From positions 29,574,001 to 29,638,000 of the forward strand of contig OZ024754.1 in the NCBI GenBank assembly GCA_964016885.1: a DNA stretch of 64,000 nt, written 5' to 3'. This DNA comes from Eledone cirrhosa (lineage: Eukaryota). Position numbers and translations under genes: made by a program. Under the pieces are notes generated by a model, which worked only from the letters and a program-made list of their open reading frames with translations, did not search any database and had not been told where the DNA came from. Below, piece after piece: positions 44,420 to 57,812 of this stretch (the first letter of the stretch is position 1; every line of letters begins with the position of its first letter).

Positions 44420-44610
44420 TCAAAGAACATTCTGGGGATGCCGTAATTATGGACCCGTAAGTATACACCGGATAAATTTGATATCACTATGGGCTCTAGT
44501 GATTCGGCGCAGGTCACAGATTTAGTCGGCTTGTACCTCTTGAATGAAATTCATAAGGCTTTACCTTACCTGAAGGGGCATTATATCGCGACGATTCATT
44601 TAGATTATAA
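44420..44610 (+). pseudogene. PLE reverse transcriptase fragment (Hydra-clade-like)
   Basis: FDITMGSSDSAQVTDLVGLYLL..G / LYRDD across a frameshift. These are the RT motifs FD.TMGS.D.A.V..LVGL and LYRDD. Confidence 0.75.
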
Positions 44611-45747
44611 AAAATATAAAATTGAAAGAACTAAATATTTTATCATATTTAGATTATTAACTTTCATAAGCCCACCTGATCTGATCTCATATATATTTTG
44701 ATTTTTATCCATATTATTATTAGTATTTAATTAGCCATTTCCTCTATCTTGGTTTTTCCAGTAGTATACCTTCAATTTTACATAATTTATTAAATTATTA
44801 ATTGATTAATATTTTTTCTGTTAACGTTTAGGTAATTTATTATTCCTTTTATCCACTCATATTTTGATATATATATAAATAAGTTTCTTTAGACAGTTTT
44901 TTTTAAATTCCTTTTGATATAAAGTTATTGATAGAAACTTTTTGATTAATTTCTTGATAAAATTCTTTGATAAATTTCAATAATTCTAATAGTATACAGC
45001 ATTTCACTATACATAGAGAATTTATTGTTATTTTCATTAGTTTGATATTGCATTATTCTAAAATCATGATTAATAATTTTTAGATAATTTCTTTAGTTCT
45101 ATAATTCATTAGCCCTAATATGTATTACCGTTATTATTATACCTTGACTTACTAAATAAACATTTAATAATTTGTAACTCTCCTTTAAACATATTTAGGA
45201 ATTACCTCCCTTTCATCCTCTTCCTCCATCAACCATTATTTGATAAATTTTAAAATCTCTATGTTAAGATGGGATCGTATACAATTAATATATCACTTTC
45301 TCCATCCTATTCTTATATGTGGCACCTTTTGCAGATTATAGCAACTATATTAGACCTTACTTTGCTAGTCATTCCCCTCTTTAGTAATGGTTTCGATTGG
45401 TTTGATCGTCTTTTGATAAAAACGACACATGCATTTTAACGTCTATTTTGCTGACTACACCAGCGGATATTATTACATTTGAAAGATAATAGATTATCTA
45501 TATATATAGACTAAAAATGGAGCTGAACTTTTTATTATAAATATAATACAAAAAATGCCTTGAAGGTGTAAATGTTATTAAATACACTTTGATTGTTATT
45601 TATAAAGTATTCCGGCTCTGTATCATGTTTGTGATCTTACATTCAGCTACTCTCATACTTGTAATTGGATAATATTTATTATTTAATATTACCCAGATTT
45701 TTAATATATATAAGTTAAAACAATGAAATAAAAAATCAAGTCATTAG

Positions 45748-45777
<30 letters not shown>

Positions 45778-45782
<5 letters not shown>

Positions 45783-45906
45783 AGTAAGTAAGACCCCGAC
45801 GGCTGAGCTCAAGCCGTTTCGTCGGCTAATTCTGTACTGAATTCGAGTACAGAATTAGCCGTCGAAACGGCTTGAGCTCAGCCGTCAGGGTCTTACTTAC
45901 TCCTAT
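45778..45906. repeat. Fold-back palindrome built on the 3' half of a hammerhead
   Basis: ~60-bp arms. The right arm reads stem II 3' strand-GAAACGGCU(UGAGCUC)AGCCGUC/AGGG. Confidence 0.8.
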
Positions 45907-46492
45907 TACCCACTCTACTACCCTAAGTATTGAGTACTTTGGTGCGTTATGGTCCACCTGGTTCCTTACCACTTTTCCCTCGCTATATATATATATATAT
46001 ATCCAAAACTAAGATAAATTAAATGAATTTAATCTAAATCGAAATTGCGGGTGTCATGTCATAATGGCATCCGCCATATCACCTGGAAATATGCTCAAAG
46101 ATAAATCCGAGCATTTTATAATAAAGCTATTTCTGTTGAAGAGAATTTGACTGCTATTTCTAGTTGTCGAATACCTATTCACGCCACTGAAACGAAACTG
46201 CTATCATGTGTAGACGCAACACGTGGTAGCGGCCAGATGAGGATTTAAACTCGTTGTGTAAGGATGGATAGCTGGACATTATTATTCTTCCTTGTTGACA
46301 ATCCAATAATATCCACTTTCCGTGACTTACCATCTGATTAATTGGTGAAATATATTTCTTTAATGGGATATATACAAGGAAAGTTAATCATACTTAAAGG
46401 TATAAATTTAACTAGCTATGCGTGGTTACACGCGTGTAAAAATTATCTCCTGTGATTATTCATGTATAGTTATATGTTAATCAATTTCTAGT

Positions 46493-46560
<68 letters not shown>

Positions 46561-46589
46561 TGTATATATAAATTATTACAATTATATAT

Positions 46590-46916
46590 ATAAATATAAG
46601 TATGTATACGTACATACATATATGTATACAGACGTACAGTGGTATGTATATACATACATACATGCACACATATATATATATGTACGTATGGGTTTACCGA
46701 CCATTTATTATAATGTTCGGTTATTATAACGTTCAATCGATTGACAGGAAGGAATACGGTGCTGGTGACAGCTTATTAGCTAGAACCTAGTTCATCGTTC
46801 CTTTGTCAGTGTTGAACAAAAGGGCAACGACGGTTGCCGAAGACTGTACGGCTTAATTCGAGCTGTTTGTTTACAAACAAACGGAACATTATAATACATG
46901 TTCGGTAAAGCCATAC

Positions 46917-46981
<65 letters not shown>

Positions 46982-47059
46982 TGTATGTATATACATACTA
47001 CTGTACGTCTGTATACATATATGTATGTACGTATACATACTTACATTTAAGTATCAGCC

Positions 47060-47065
<6 letters not shown>
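46590..47065 (+). mobile_element. Old single copy of the array A family with an inverted partial duplicate and decayed HHR
   Basis: ACGGTG-CTGgTGA-cAGCT(TATT)AGCTa-GAAcCTAGTT-CATCGTTCCT..GTCAGTGTTGAACAAAA matches array A. 46590-46730 is inverted relative to 46885-47050. Confidence 0.75.
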
Positions 47066-47097
<32 letters not shown>

Positions 47098-47331
47098 TTC
47101 ATAAAAACTGTGATAATTATTGCTATTTTGCTGAACTCCTTTGTAGAGTTTTTTTTTTCAGAATGTATTTGACTGCTATTTCTTGTAAATAAACATTCAC
47201 TTCCATCCTGACGTCACTAGCCCCGTTTTTTCCTCATGTGCTTTTTCATAAATACACATGAAGGCGAACTAGCCAGTTTTAGAATTCCCTTTTTCGGATT
47301 ATATTACTGTGAGAGCCCTGGTTTCTGTTGA

Positions 47332-47413
47332 GCTCTGCTGATGAATGAAATTCCAACCGTGACCATCTCCACTGAAAGTTTTCATGAAATAGTCTTTTAA
47401 GACTATACAGAGC
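47332..47413 (+). ncRNA. Canonical type I hammerhead ribozyme
   Basis: GCUCUG-CUGAUGA-AUGAAA..UUUCAU-GAAA-UAGUC(UUUUAA)GACUA-UA/CAGAGC. All three stems are perfect; cleavage predicted after 47407. Confidence 0.9.
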
Positions 47414-47663
47414 ATTTGATGTTATTCCAAATTGAAGGATAAGTGTTTCAAACTTTATTTTATCATGAGTTAAAGGTCTATAGATTTTTCCCTGGATTTT
47501 ACTAAATTCTGTGGATGAATTTATATCCTGATTCTCTTTTGAGATGAGTTTGAGTTATTTTTCCTAAATCTTTCGTTAACTACTTTTCCCATCTTGACGT
47601 TATAGTCGCATATATGTTATAGAATGCCGTTAGCTTCTTGCTAAAACAATCTCTATACCTCTC

Positions 47664-47721
<58 letters not shown>

Positions 47722-48049
47722 CAGTTTAGTAGTCAGTTACAAAAAAAAAAATAAATAAAAATTATTGTCATTTTGCAAAAGAAACACAGTAGTGTTAATT
47801 ATATATTTTTTAAAGTTATAATATTATATATATATATATATATAATATATATATATTATTACAAGTATATATATATATATATACATACACCCGAACTTCC
47901 ACCAGGAAATCTTTCGTAACATTGAAATTTTTTTTGTTTCTTGTATTTAAATATTCCACGACTCTCTATCACTGTTCCTCTACTACAATCTTCTTACACA
48001 CCTTCTTCTTCTCACACGTCTATTTTTCACTCCCCTCCTAGTACCGTCA

Positions 48050-48347
48050 CTTAAGACATTTTTTCCAATTCCAGCCCGCCCATCCTATCAATCTATCTTA
48101 TTTCTTATTCTTTCTTCTAATGAAGCACTAGCGTCCGAAACGTTAAGACCCTCTTCCTGCTATATCAAGCGTTAATCTAATATATCCCTTCCATATACTG
48201 TACCGATTGTGTTGTTATTTCTGTTTACCTTTATATATATATATATATATATATATCACACACACACACACTCGCTTGTAAATGTATGTATATGCGTATG
48301 TGTGTGTCTGTCTGTCTGTGTGTGTATATGTGTGTATGTGTGTGTGT

Positions 48348-48417
<70 letters not shown>

Positions 48418-48750
48418 CTATATTGACGTATATCTACGACTTCTCTGGCAGTTAATATCATTAGTATATAACAGTGTATTGTGAAAGAAAGAAATATATA
48501 AATGTAGGAAGCTGTTTGTTATTACTTCAGGTGTTTCTATAGGAATCTTAACACAAATGAACATTAAACAACAACACCAAACGCAAACCTTCCAGCACCA
48601 ACACCACCACCAACACCAACACCAACACCAGACATAAACTTACCACCACCAACACCAACACCACCACCGACACTAACACCGACACTAACACCAACACCAC
48701 CACCAACACCAACTCCAACACAGCCCTACCAATACCAACGCTAACATCAG
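48050..48750 (+). mobile_element. PLE pLTR-like segment (homologous to 30660-30845 and 36955-37330) with a decayed HHR at 48113-48148
   Basis: Direct sequence similarity to both loci; CUaAUGA..GAAACGUU-AAGA. Confidence 0.75.
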
Positions 48751-48790
48751 ACAGAGGGTTTTACTAATTAGCAGAATATACGCCTTTAAA

Positions 48791-49183
48791 ACAGACCCCT
48801 GTGCTGATAGGAAATGAATAGTCTGGAAGCTAAGCCCGCAAAATAACTGCAAAACTAGGAATGTAGTATATTTTATAAGATGTACTGAGGGACAGTGTAG
48901 GAATGAGAATATAACATACATAGGTGAAACAGCCTGTAGCATAGGAGAAAGGATAAGTGAACACTGGCGAGAACTCCAGGATGGGAAAATCTCATCAGTA
49001 TTCCACCAACATGCCAAATTAGAACATAGGGGCACATTAAAGAACGTAGAGATATAAATTATATCCACACAGAGAAAATATGCAATGCTCAGACAAATCA
49101 CAGAGGCAACAAATATAAGCAAACTCCAACCAAAGTTAAATAGAAAACATGAGTGGAATAGCAACATCATAATTAGTAATTAA
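48791..49183 (+). pseudogene. PLE GIY-YIG endonuclease, C-terminal, with two in-frame stops
   Basis: CKTRNVVYFIRC..YIGETACSIGERISEH..HQH..EH..RQITEATNISKLQPKLNRKHEW. Stops at 48815 and 49055. Confidence 0.85.
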
Positions 49184-49562
49184 TGAGCGAATAAAGATAT
49201 ACAGACACACATAAAATCCAAACTAACAAAACAAATCAGACAGACACAGAGAGAACAAACAACCTGCTAGTGACAAGTAAATACACACATAAATTAATAA
49301 ATAAACACACATACACACACCCGGATGTAACTACGCAAACTAACCATACAACACACATCACCCAAAAACAAGATGGTGTCGGACAGAACAAAGGAGAGAC
49401 ACAAAATAAAAACCTAGTCACTGAGGAGGTCGCAGAATGTGTGACGAAAAAGTTTTTACAATACTTAAACAACCTTCCGGTTATCGAACCAACCAGCCGA
49501 CCGGAAATTTATTATAAATTGAAGTGAAAACCAACAAGTGTGTGTGTGTTTTTATCGGGAGC

Positions 49563-49760
49563 ATCTATCTATCTAGGGCGGGTAAAATTCCCGAGAGCCA
49601 TGGATGAGTTCTCTCCAGCGGTCTCTGTTCCTCATTATCGCTGCCCTGTCCTGCGTCTCCAACAGACCAGAGCATCAATATACGTTAACCTTGGTCTTCC
49701 TCTTCCAGTGTGTCCATGTAGGGGCTCCCACAGGAACACTGAGTGCAATGTCAACTCTGG
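49563..49760 (-). mobile_element. RTE-clade LINE 3' end fragment
   Basis: Minus-strand translation VFLWEPLHGHTGRGRPRLTYIDAL..MRNRDRWRELI followed by a (TAGA)n tail. The same terminal motif occurs at ~17918-17945. Confidence 0.7.
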
Positions 49761-50046
49761 ATGTCAACTTATCTCCCTTTGTCTGCTGAAAATTTAAGTA
49801 AGCGACAATGTCGCTACTTTGAAACAATAGCGTAAGGTCTTCAAAATGCTTTTAATTAAGCATACAGTGTATTGCAAAATACACTGTATATACATTCATA
49901 TATATATATCGCTATTTCAGAGCACCAATTCTAATTTTCAATTTCTGCTGGGCCGGCGACCGCTCTGTAAAATCAGTTCCTAATTGTTACTGGAATTCTA
50001 TAAGAATCCAACACACATATAATTTTCGGCAGACGGGGAGAGTAGT

Positions 50047-50091
50047 GAGTTTTGATGAGTACCAAACAGTACGAAACAGTGCTGTCAACTT
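50047..50091 (+). ncRNA. Type I hammerhead ribozyme (C3>U variant) within a 321-bp partial tandem (49762-50175)
   Basis: GAGUU-uUGAUGA-GUAC(CAAACA)GUAC-GAAA-CAG(UG)CUG-UC/AACUU. Confidence 0.75.
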
Positions 50092-50285
50092 ATCTACCCC
50101 TGTCTGCTGAAAATTTAAGTAAGCGACAATGTCGCTACTTTAAAACAATAGCCTATGGTCTTCAAAATGCTTTTTATACATTCATATATATATATATATA
50201 TGTATGTATATATATATGTTCGTATATACATACATATATATACATACACATATATATATATATATACATACACCCCCACGCACAC

Positions 50286-50384
<99 letters not shown>

Positions 50385-51679
50385 CATACATACGTATATC
50401 TGGAAGACATCTTTGGGAGTCGGCTAACAATAAATCAATTAAATAAGATTAAAATAATAGTATGTATTGTTGATTCTTATTTGGTGTTGAGTGGCCTTAG
50501 GCCAAACATGAGATAAATAAATAGCTTTCACGGTGTTTTTAAAGCTATTGCTGCAGCAGTTGCAAATAAAACAGCCTCACCGAGGAATGGAATGACTGCA
50601 ATTTATAGCAAGTTTTTTACTTTTCTTTTTCTTTTCTTGCTTTTGTTGTTGGAAAATACAAAATATTTGCTCCGAGGTTAAAATAAACCACCCATGCAGT
50701 ATGTTCACACATATACAGGAATATACATACAAACACACACATACACACAAACACACACGTACACACACACGCGTACATACAGACACATATACAAATACAT
50801 TCATAGAAAGACACAGCCCTCCACACATGACCATAGACAGGATTAAGCATATATCGTAACACATACGCACAGATACACATACAAACACACACACACACAC
50901 ACACACATATACAAACAGGCATAGACACAGACACAAACACACTACCCCCACCCACACACACCCTTAAACATACACACAACTAAGCATATACCGTCACACA
51001 TACACACAAATACACATACAAACACACACACATACATACAGTCAAATATGCAAACACACTCATGCAAACACACAACCATCACACAAACACACACATACAC
51101 ACTCAGGCACGCAACCACACATCGATACATACACCATACCTGCACACACACAAATACACACACACATACACACACACTCATACTCATATGCACAAATAAG
51201 CACACATACACAAAACCAAACACGCCCACAGAAGTATCCATGCAGATATGCAAACACACACAAACACACGCGTACACACAGGAAAACTCACACACACTCT
51301 CACACACACCCAGATGTACACAGAAACACACACCCGGATGTACACAGACACACACACATACACAACTAATATTTTCTATTTTCTATTTTAAAGTCACAAC
51401 AACTGCTACCTGTGGTTCAGTTGTTGTTGAACCTTCTTCGGTTCTGAGTTCCGGAGATCCGTGTTCCAGAATTTTGATCCAATGAACAGATTGCGTGTGA
51501 AATAAACCTGCAACTGAGCATTTCGAAGACACGTGTATGCATTGATCACGTTGTTATGGGAGAAATCGACATGACAGTGTGAGCATTATAGGAAAAACTT
51601 ATTTTCAACAGCTGAGTGGACTGGAACATCATGAAATAGTATCTTTAGTGGTTAGGACAATGTAGTAAACACATACGCA

Positions 51680-51744
<65 letters not shown>

Positions 51745-51750
<6 letters not shown>

Positions 51751-52020
51751 AAAAAAAGATGAAATCGAAAATGCAACTGGAGTCTTATTTTTAAAAAAAA
51801 ATATATTTATTTGGTTCCTTTACGGGTTTCGCAGTTCTTGAGATGGAGGGTCTGTGGTTTTTCTCACATGTGATGTGAGAAAAACCACAGACCCTCCATC
51901 TCAACTCTACTTTTAAAAAGCAGAAGAACTGCGAAACCGGTAAAGGAACCAAATAAATATATATATATATTTTTAAATAACACTCCAGTTGCATTTTAGA
52001 TTTCATCTCTTTTTCTTTAT
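51745..52020. repeat. Nested inverted repeats with a decayed HHR
   Basis: Outer arms ~90 bp; inner perfect 32-bp arms at 51838-51904; GCAG(AAGAA)CUGC-GAAACCGGUA. Confidence 0.8.
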
Positions 52021-52076
52021 ACTTTCACTCTTGTAGGACACCTCGGTTATTTTTCATTTTGCAAAAAAAACCTCAC

Positions 52077-52177
<101 letters not shown>

Positions 52178-52241
52178 GAATTTCAACCGTTGAGGTTGTC
52201 TTTTTCCGGGTATGTCAATATTTATTTATAAAACAAATCTG

Positions 52242-52307
52242 TATTTTATCTGATGAAAGCGCACCATAATTTACCTTGGTCGCCCTTGAAATATATATAA
52301 TAAAATA
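52242..52307 (+). ncRNA. Type I hammerhead ribozyme (stem II partly decayed)
   Basis: UAUUUUAU-CUGAUGA-AAG..ACCA..UGGU..CUU-GAAA-UAUAUA-UA/AUAAAAUA. Confidence 0.75.
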
Positions 52308-52339
52308 AATATGGTTGTATAAATATAGTTTCCATTTAT

Positions 52340-52521
52340 GGATTGGCAGTATCGGTAGAGGGTCGGACGCCATGCTTTCCAGCATAGTTACGTCCCTTTA
52401 CGATCTGAGTTCAAATCCCGCCGAGGTTGACTTTGCCTTTCATCCTTACGGGGTCGATAAAATAAAGTACCAGTAATGCACTGGGTAATTGCTGGCCTTG
52501 TGCCAAAAGTAGAAACAATTA
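52340..52521 (+). mobile_element. Nin/Deu-type SINE inserted into a pLTR-like repeat
   Basis: Matches the consensus. An empty-site homolog is present at 36745-36870. Confidence 0.85.
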
Positions 52522-52786
52522 ATATATTATGTATTTACTCCACTAACTTGTTGAGTGCTTTATATCAGTTATAAAAATGTTTAAGCTTGTTGAATCCCAA
52601 CAAATTAAATATAACCTCTGCATATATATATATATATATATGCAGAGGTTATATTTATATATAAGCAAAGAGATATTTAATTTGTTGGTAATTCAACAAA
52701 TATATTTATAACAGAAGACAGTATATACACATCTAAGATGTACCTAGGTATTTGGAGTTTGTTTCATAAACAATTAACACCATTAA

Positions 52787-52829
<43 letters not shown>

Positions 52830-53040
52830 GGCGATCTACGTAGTAAATTGATTTATCGTGAGCTCCGCAAAGGTTTGTTATTTTCAGTTGTTTAAAATTG
52901 CCATTTATGGAAAATTTTTATTAACTGTATATAAGTGCACATCCATTGTTTTCTGAAAAGGGCACTCAAAAAGATTGCGGCCTTGACCCCAAAATTTAAA
53001 CTTTTATAATTATCATACAAAAATTTTTCTTTGAAAAATC

Positions 53041-54960
53041 ATGGCCGACTCAGACTCACTCCTTCCTCACAAACTAACACCTCACACCGACACCACCATT
53101 GTAAATATTACTACGTTTGCCAACACTAAAAATATAAGCAGTAGCAATATTTTAAATTTGTCTCAGGCAGACATTCATTTCCCGCCATTACCAATGACTG
53201 CAGGTGTTAAAGCCGCCACCCCCACATCCACCACCACCACCCCCATTTACACAGCGACAACAGAATCAAAAGAAAAAAATAAATTAACTCGTGATATCGA
53301 AATAAATTCAACCAAAATGAACTTTTCCACACCGAACACCACTGACGCCACCATCACCACAACTGAAACTAAAATTAACAATATCAAAAATAACGATAAC
53401 AACAACAGAAACAATGAAATTAAGAAAACCACCCTGAGTTTTGCCAGAGTAGCAAAACAGTGCGAAGCATTTCAGGTAACTCAGGAGGAATTAGAAGAAG
53501 CCAAAAAAAATGGTAAAGAAAGATGGGTACAGGGTCAGCCTCACCCCCCCCCCCCCCACACACCTAATAAAATGGACCATCGGACGATACACATAAAATC
53601 GCGCCGAGTGGAACGGGCATCTGAGTCCCAAATCCAAAAAGTTTTGGGACATGTGTGGGCAAAAAAACCCCACATCAGACGTGGGCAGAAATATGGAACC
53701 GTGGACGTGTTCTTTGAAACACCAGAGGAGGCTAGAGAACACTCCATGGCCCCATTAAGAAGTGACGACTTCACACTCGTCCTAAGCTATTGTGGCCAGA
53801 GACTCGTGAAGATCAGGGTGACCCACGTTCCACCGGCCATCGAAATTCCCTGGCTAATAGCTGCCGTCCTCGCTGGCACCGAAGCCAACACCAAGATAAT
53901 CGAAAGAGCGAAAGAAAAGCAGGAGGACTGGTCCGGATCTGGGATGGAGCTCCTGATCCAAGCGGACGAAAAAAGCATTGAGGAGATCCCAGAGGTAATA
54001 GACCTCACTGACGGCAGCCATCTCACTGTATTCATCGAGGGCTGACGGCCTAGGTGTGTCGTTTGTTGTGAAGGAACCCACCTAAGGGCTTTCTGCCCTC
54101 AGGATAAAAGGTTAAGACCACTTCTCTTACCCACCCCAGTGACTCAACCATCAACACCACCAACAGCAGAGATGGCAGCAACAACTGTACCAGCAACAAC
54201 AGAAGCAACTGTAACAGCAACAACTGCAGCAACAGTACCAAAACCAACACCACCACCACCCAACGCGCCAGAACTAGCACCAGTGCCTACACCATCCACC
54301 ACGCCACAACCAAAACCAACGCCTGTGGAGGATTTTCCACTCCCCGGCCTATCACAACTGGAGACAGATTGTGACGACGAGGAATCAGGAAAAAAGAAAA
54401 AAAGAAACCAAAAAAGAAAATATTCTCTTCCCTCCCCCTCCAAAAACAAAATACAGAGGGAAACAAATAAACTATCAAACAAAAAAGTTAGGACAGATAT
54501 GCCACCATTCACACCAGCATCACCAACCCCATCACCACAAACACCAACACCATCACCATCATTAACCCCAACACCACCATCACCAACACCACAAAAGTCA
54601 CCAAAAAGCGAAACAGAAACAAACCCACAACAAACGCAAACAAAACAAAACAACCAAAACGATACACAGTACACAGCATTAAATTTGAACAACAACCAAT
54701 TATTACACTACATCCAACACAACACCAGCATCACAGAAAAAGACTACACAACAACCCAAAAGTTAACACCACCTCCACACATACAAATCACTCGCATCAC
54801 ACAGAAAACGTACACAACACTAAAACAAAAATTCCCCAAAGACATCGGAGATTTCCGACAAGCACTCTCCAGGAGGATTTATAAGGACATCCTTCCTGAG
54901 GAGGCCACAAGCAGTGAAAAGAATGGAGAAACCATCATTCCTCTACGAGAAGTAAGGTAA
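53041..54960 (+). pseudogene. Tx1 ORF1 (RRM-like region plus CCHC zinc knuckle), one in-frame stop at 54043
   Basis: SFARVA motif and EG*RPRCVVCCEGTHLRAFCP. The same frame continues to 54960. Confidence 0.85.
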
Positions 54961-54994
54961 GTGGTCTTTCCCAACTTTTCCACTCCATTTCAAC

Positions 54995-57505
54995 ATGACC
55001 TCACTCAGAATAGGCAGCATAAATGCGCGTGGCTTGGGGTCGTCATGGAAGCAGGGCCACCTGCTCAACTAGCTCAGGTCAATAAACATAGATGTGGTGG
55101 CCATCAGCGAGACCAGAATCTCCGAAGCACGAGCCTTCGCACCGATCTTCGGCGGTTACGATGTGTACGCATCTCCCAGCCGTCCGGGATCGGGGGGAGA
55201 AGTTGCTGTGCTTTTTCGGAGAGGTTTGGATCTCGCCATACGGGCCATCTTCCTGGACCCAGAAGGTAAATGGGTGGTGCTGGACGTGACCAGCGGAGAC
55301 GGGCAAGCTTTCAGGATAGTGGCCGTCTATGCCCCGACAGGAGCAGGGCGGCCTGATTTCTTCCGGCGTCTGGAGACCTTTCTTGGAACGTCCCGCTCTT
55401 TAGTGTTAGTGGGCGACTGGAACGGGATCTTTGATGCACGCTGGGACTGTGTGGGGTTAGCGGATAGGGAAGGAGGGTGCAAGAGCCTCACCAACCTGCT
55501 CAGGCGTTTTGAACTGTCTGACAGGTACCGATTGGATTTCCCGAATGTGCCAATGTGGACTTGGACAAATCGCGTAGGGTCATCCAGATCATATCTAGAT
55601 AGAGTATTTTGTAGGGAAATAGATAGGTCTAGCATAGGCTGTCCACAATTCTAGATAGACAGCTACACGGACCACAAGTTCGTGATCTGTGTGATTGAAT
55701 TAGATAGGCTTCATAGACACGGACCCGGCTACTGGAAGCTAAACGCGTCCTTACCAGCGCGCAAGGCCTACAGAGACCGGATTAGCGAACTAGTTAAGCG
55801 GGCGTTGACGGGGGCCATCGTCAACAACAAGTGGTGGTTTGCTCTGAAAAGAGCGATTAGAATAGTGTCCATTAAATTTAGTAAGGCTTTAGCAATAGAG
55901 AAAAATAGAGCAGAGGGAGAATGAGTTAGAAAATTAGACGAGGCGCTTAGCAAAGGCATCGCGACCGACGTACTTGCGGCGAAATTGGGCCTTGACCAAT
56001 TCTTCAATGCAAAGCACGAAGGCTGCGTTGTCAGAGCTAGGGTGCGGGCTCTCAGACACGAGGGGACGAAAGTCGTTCAATGGGCCCGAGTGGCGGAGGC
56101 GCGTCGTGGCAACAAATCCATGATCCGGTCTTTGGTGACCACGACGGGCGCATGCTACTCGATCCCGGGCAAATGTGTGAAGCTTTTCAGCCACACTTCG
56201 CCCAGCTGTTCGGGGGCAGCGGCGGGCCGAATCGAGGGATGGACTTTAGTGTCTACCTCGACGGACTGCCGCGGCTCTCGGCCAGTGAGATGGAGTGTTG
56301 CGAAAAGCCGATAACAGCCGGTGAAGTACGGGAGGCAAGGACTGGCTGCACAAGGGGTAAATCGCTTGGTTTGGATGGTCTGCCCTATGAACATTACGTA
56401 CAGATGCCAGACTTGTTCGGAGGCCTCTTGGCGGACGTCTACTGCAACTGGCAACAGAACGGGAGCATTCCCAGCTCTGTGAGCCGAAGAGCTGAGGCGC
56501 TGCTGAGAAAGGATCCGAACAAGGGTGATAACATATATCATTTCAGGCCCATAACTCTGCTAAACACAGAGTTCAAGATTTTGGCCAAGGTGCTAGCAAA
56601 GAGGTTGGCGCTTGTCGTTGGTGGTCTGGTGGGAGAGGCGCAGACATGCGCCATTCCCGACAGATACATCCACGACAATCTCCACCTCATGCGATACAAC
56701 GTAGAGATGGTTTGCTAGGGAACCTGGCACGGGTGGGTCCTTGATCAATCTAGATCAGTCGAAAGCTTTCGATAGGGTCGACCATCGTTACCTAGAGGCA
56801 GTCCTGAAAGCGGCTGGCTTTGGGCCCGTCTTCAGAGGTTGGATCACTGCCATGCACAGTGACATCTGCTCTGTGGTGAGAGTGAACGGTCATCTTTCGG
56901 AACCGTTCAACATTATGCGCTCGGTCCGCCAAGGATGTCCCCTCTCGTCCCTCTTGTACGTATTGACTCTCGAGCCATTACTGCAGAAACTGGAGACGTT
57001 GATGGGCGTCCCGCGCGAACTAGGATGCGGAAGATCCGTGTCAGCATATGCGGACGATGTCACCGTAGTAGTGTCGAACGCCAAACACATCGAGGCGATC
57101 GGCACTACACTAAGAGAATACGAAGCGGTGACAGGAGCAATGATCAACCAGGAAAAGTCAGTGGGCCTGCAAATCGGCACCTGGGGAGGCAGGTCCATGC
57201 CGTCCAACAGCGTCGTCGGGCGCTGGACGGAAGGACCGGTTAAATTGCTAGGGGTCTGGTTCGGTCCGGATCTCCAGACGGACAAAAACTGGGACGAGGT
57301 GACGAGCAGGGTGGCTTCTCTCACACAGAAATGGGCGGAGAGGAAGCTATCCATGAAAGGTCGAGCGGAGGAGGCTAACGCGTACATCGTGTCCGTCATC
57401 TACTACCGCCTGACCGTCGTATCTTGTCCTAAGCCCCGCCTGACTGCACTGGAGCGTTTGCTCTTTCGATTTTTGTGGAAGGGACGCGCTCCGATAGTCA
57501 GGCGT
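54995..57505 (+). pseudogene. Tx1 ORF2 (APE endonuclease plus RT), disrupted
   Basis: SINARGL, ISETR, VYAP, GDWN, YLDR, TDHK, FRPITLLNTEFKILAK, DQSKAFDRVDH, VRQGCPLS and YADD, with stops and frameshifts. Confidence 0.93.
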
Positions 57506-57570
57506 CCTGTATTGTCCTGTACTGTCCTTAATGTCTACTTTGTGTAAATCCTTGTGTTTAATAAAGAAAG

Positions 57571-57607
<37 letters not shown>

Positions 57608-57812
57608 GGTCGAAGCGGACGTATTTTGCTCGCTCACAGTAAGTCGCTTTATATGCCTGTTTAAATTATTTGTTGTTAAATATTTCTTGTTGTGTAAGGG
57701 ATATAACCCCTTAGACTTTGCCCCGTGAAGGGGAAAGTATAATATTTGGGCCTTTTGGCCCAAATATTTGAACTTTTTTTACATGTTAAAAAATTTACGA
57801 AGAAAAAAAGAC

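Larger units (their letters stand above)
52830..57571 (+). mobile_element. Tx1/L1-clade non-LTR retrotransposon copy 1, internally deleted near the 3' end
   Basis: ORF1, APE endonuclease and RT present. AATAAA at 57560 followed by (ATT)n; preceded by (ATT)n. Confidence 0.92.

Noticed and set aside
48815-48817. TGA at a zinc-knuckle Cys position as selenocysteine (as in Naiad PLEs)
   Set aside because: The neighbouring expected Cys is TGG and a TAA occurs at 49055, so ordinary decay is simpler. No SECIS element was recognised.
49420-49460. CTGAGGA-GGTCGCA..TGTGAC-GAAA hammerhead downstream of the PLE EN
   Set aside because: Core and stem II are present, but stems I and III cannot be paired; at most a remnant.
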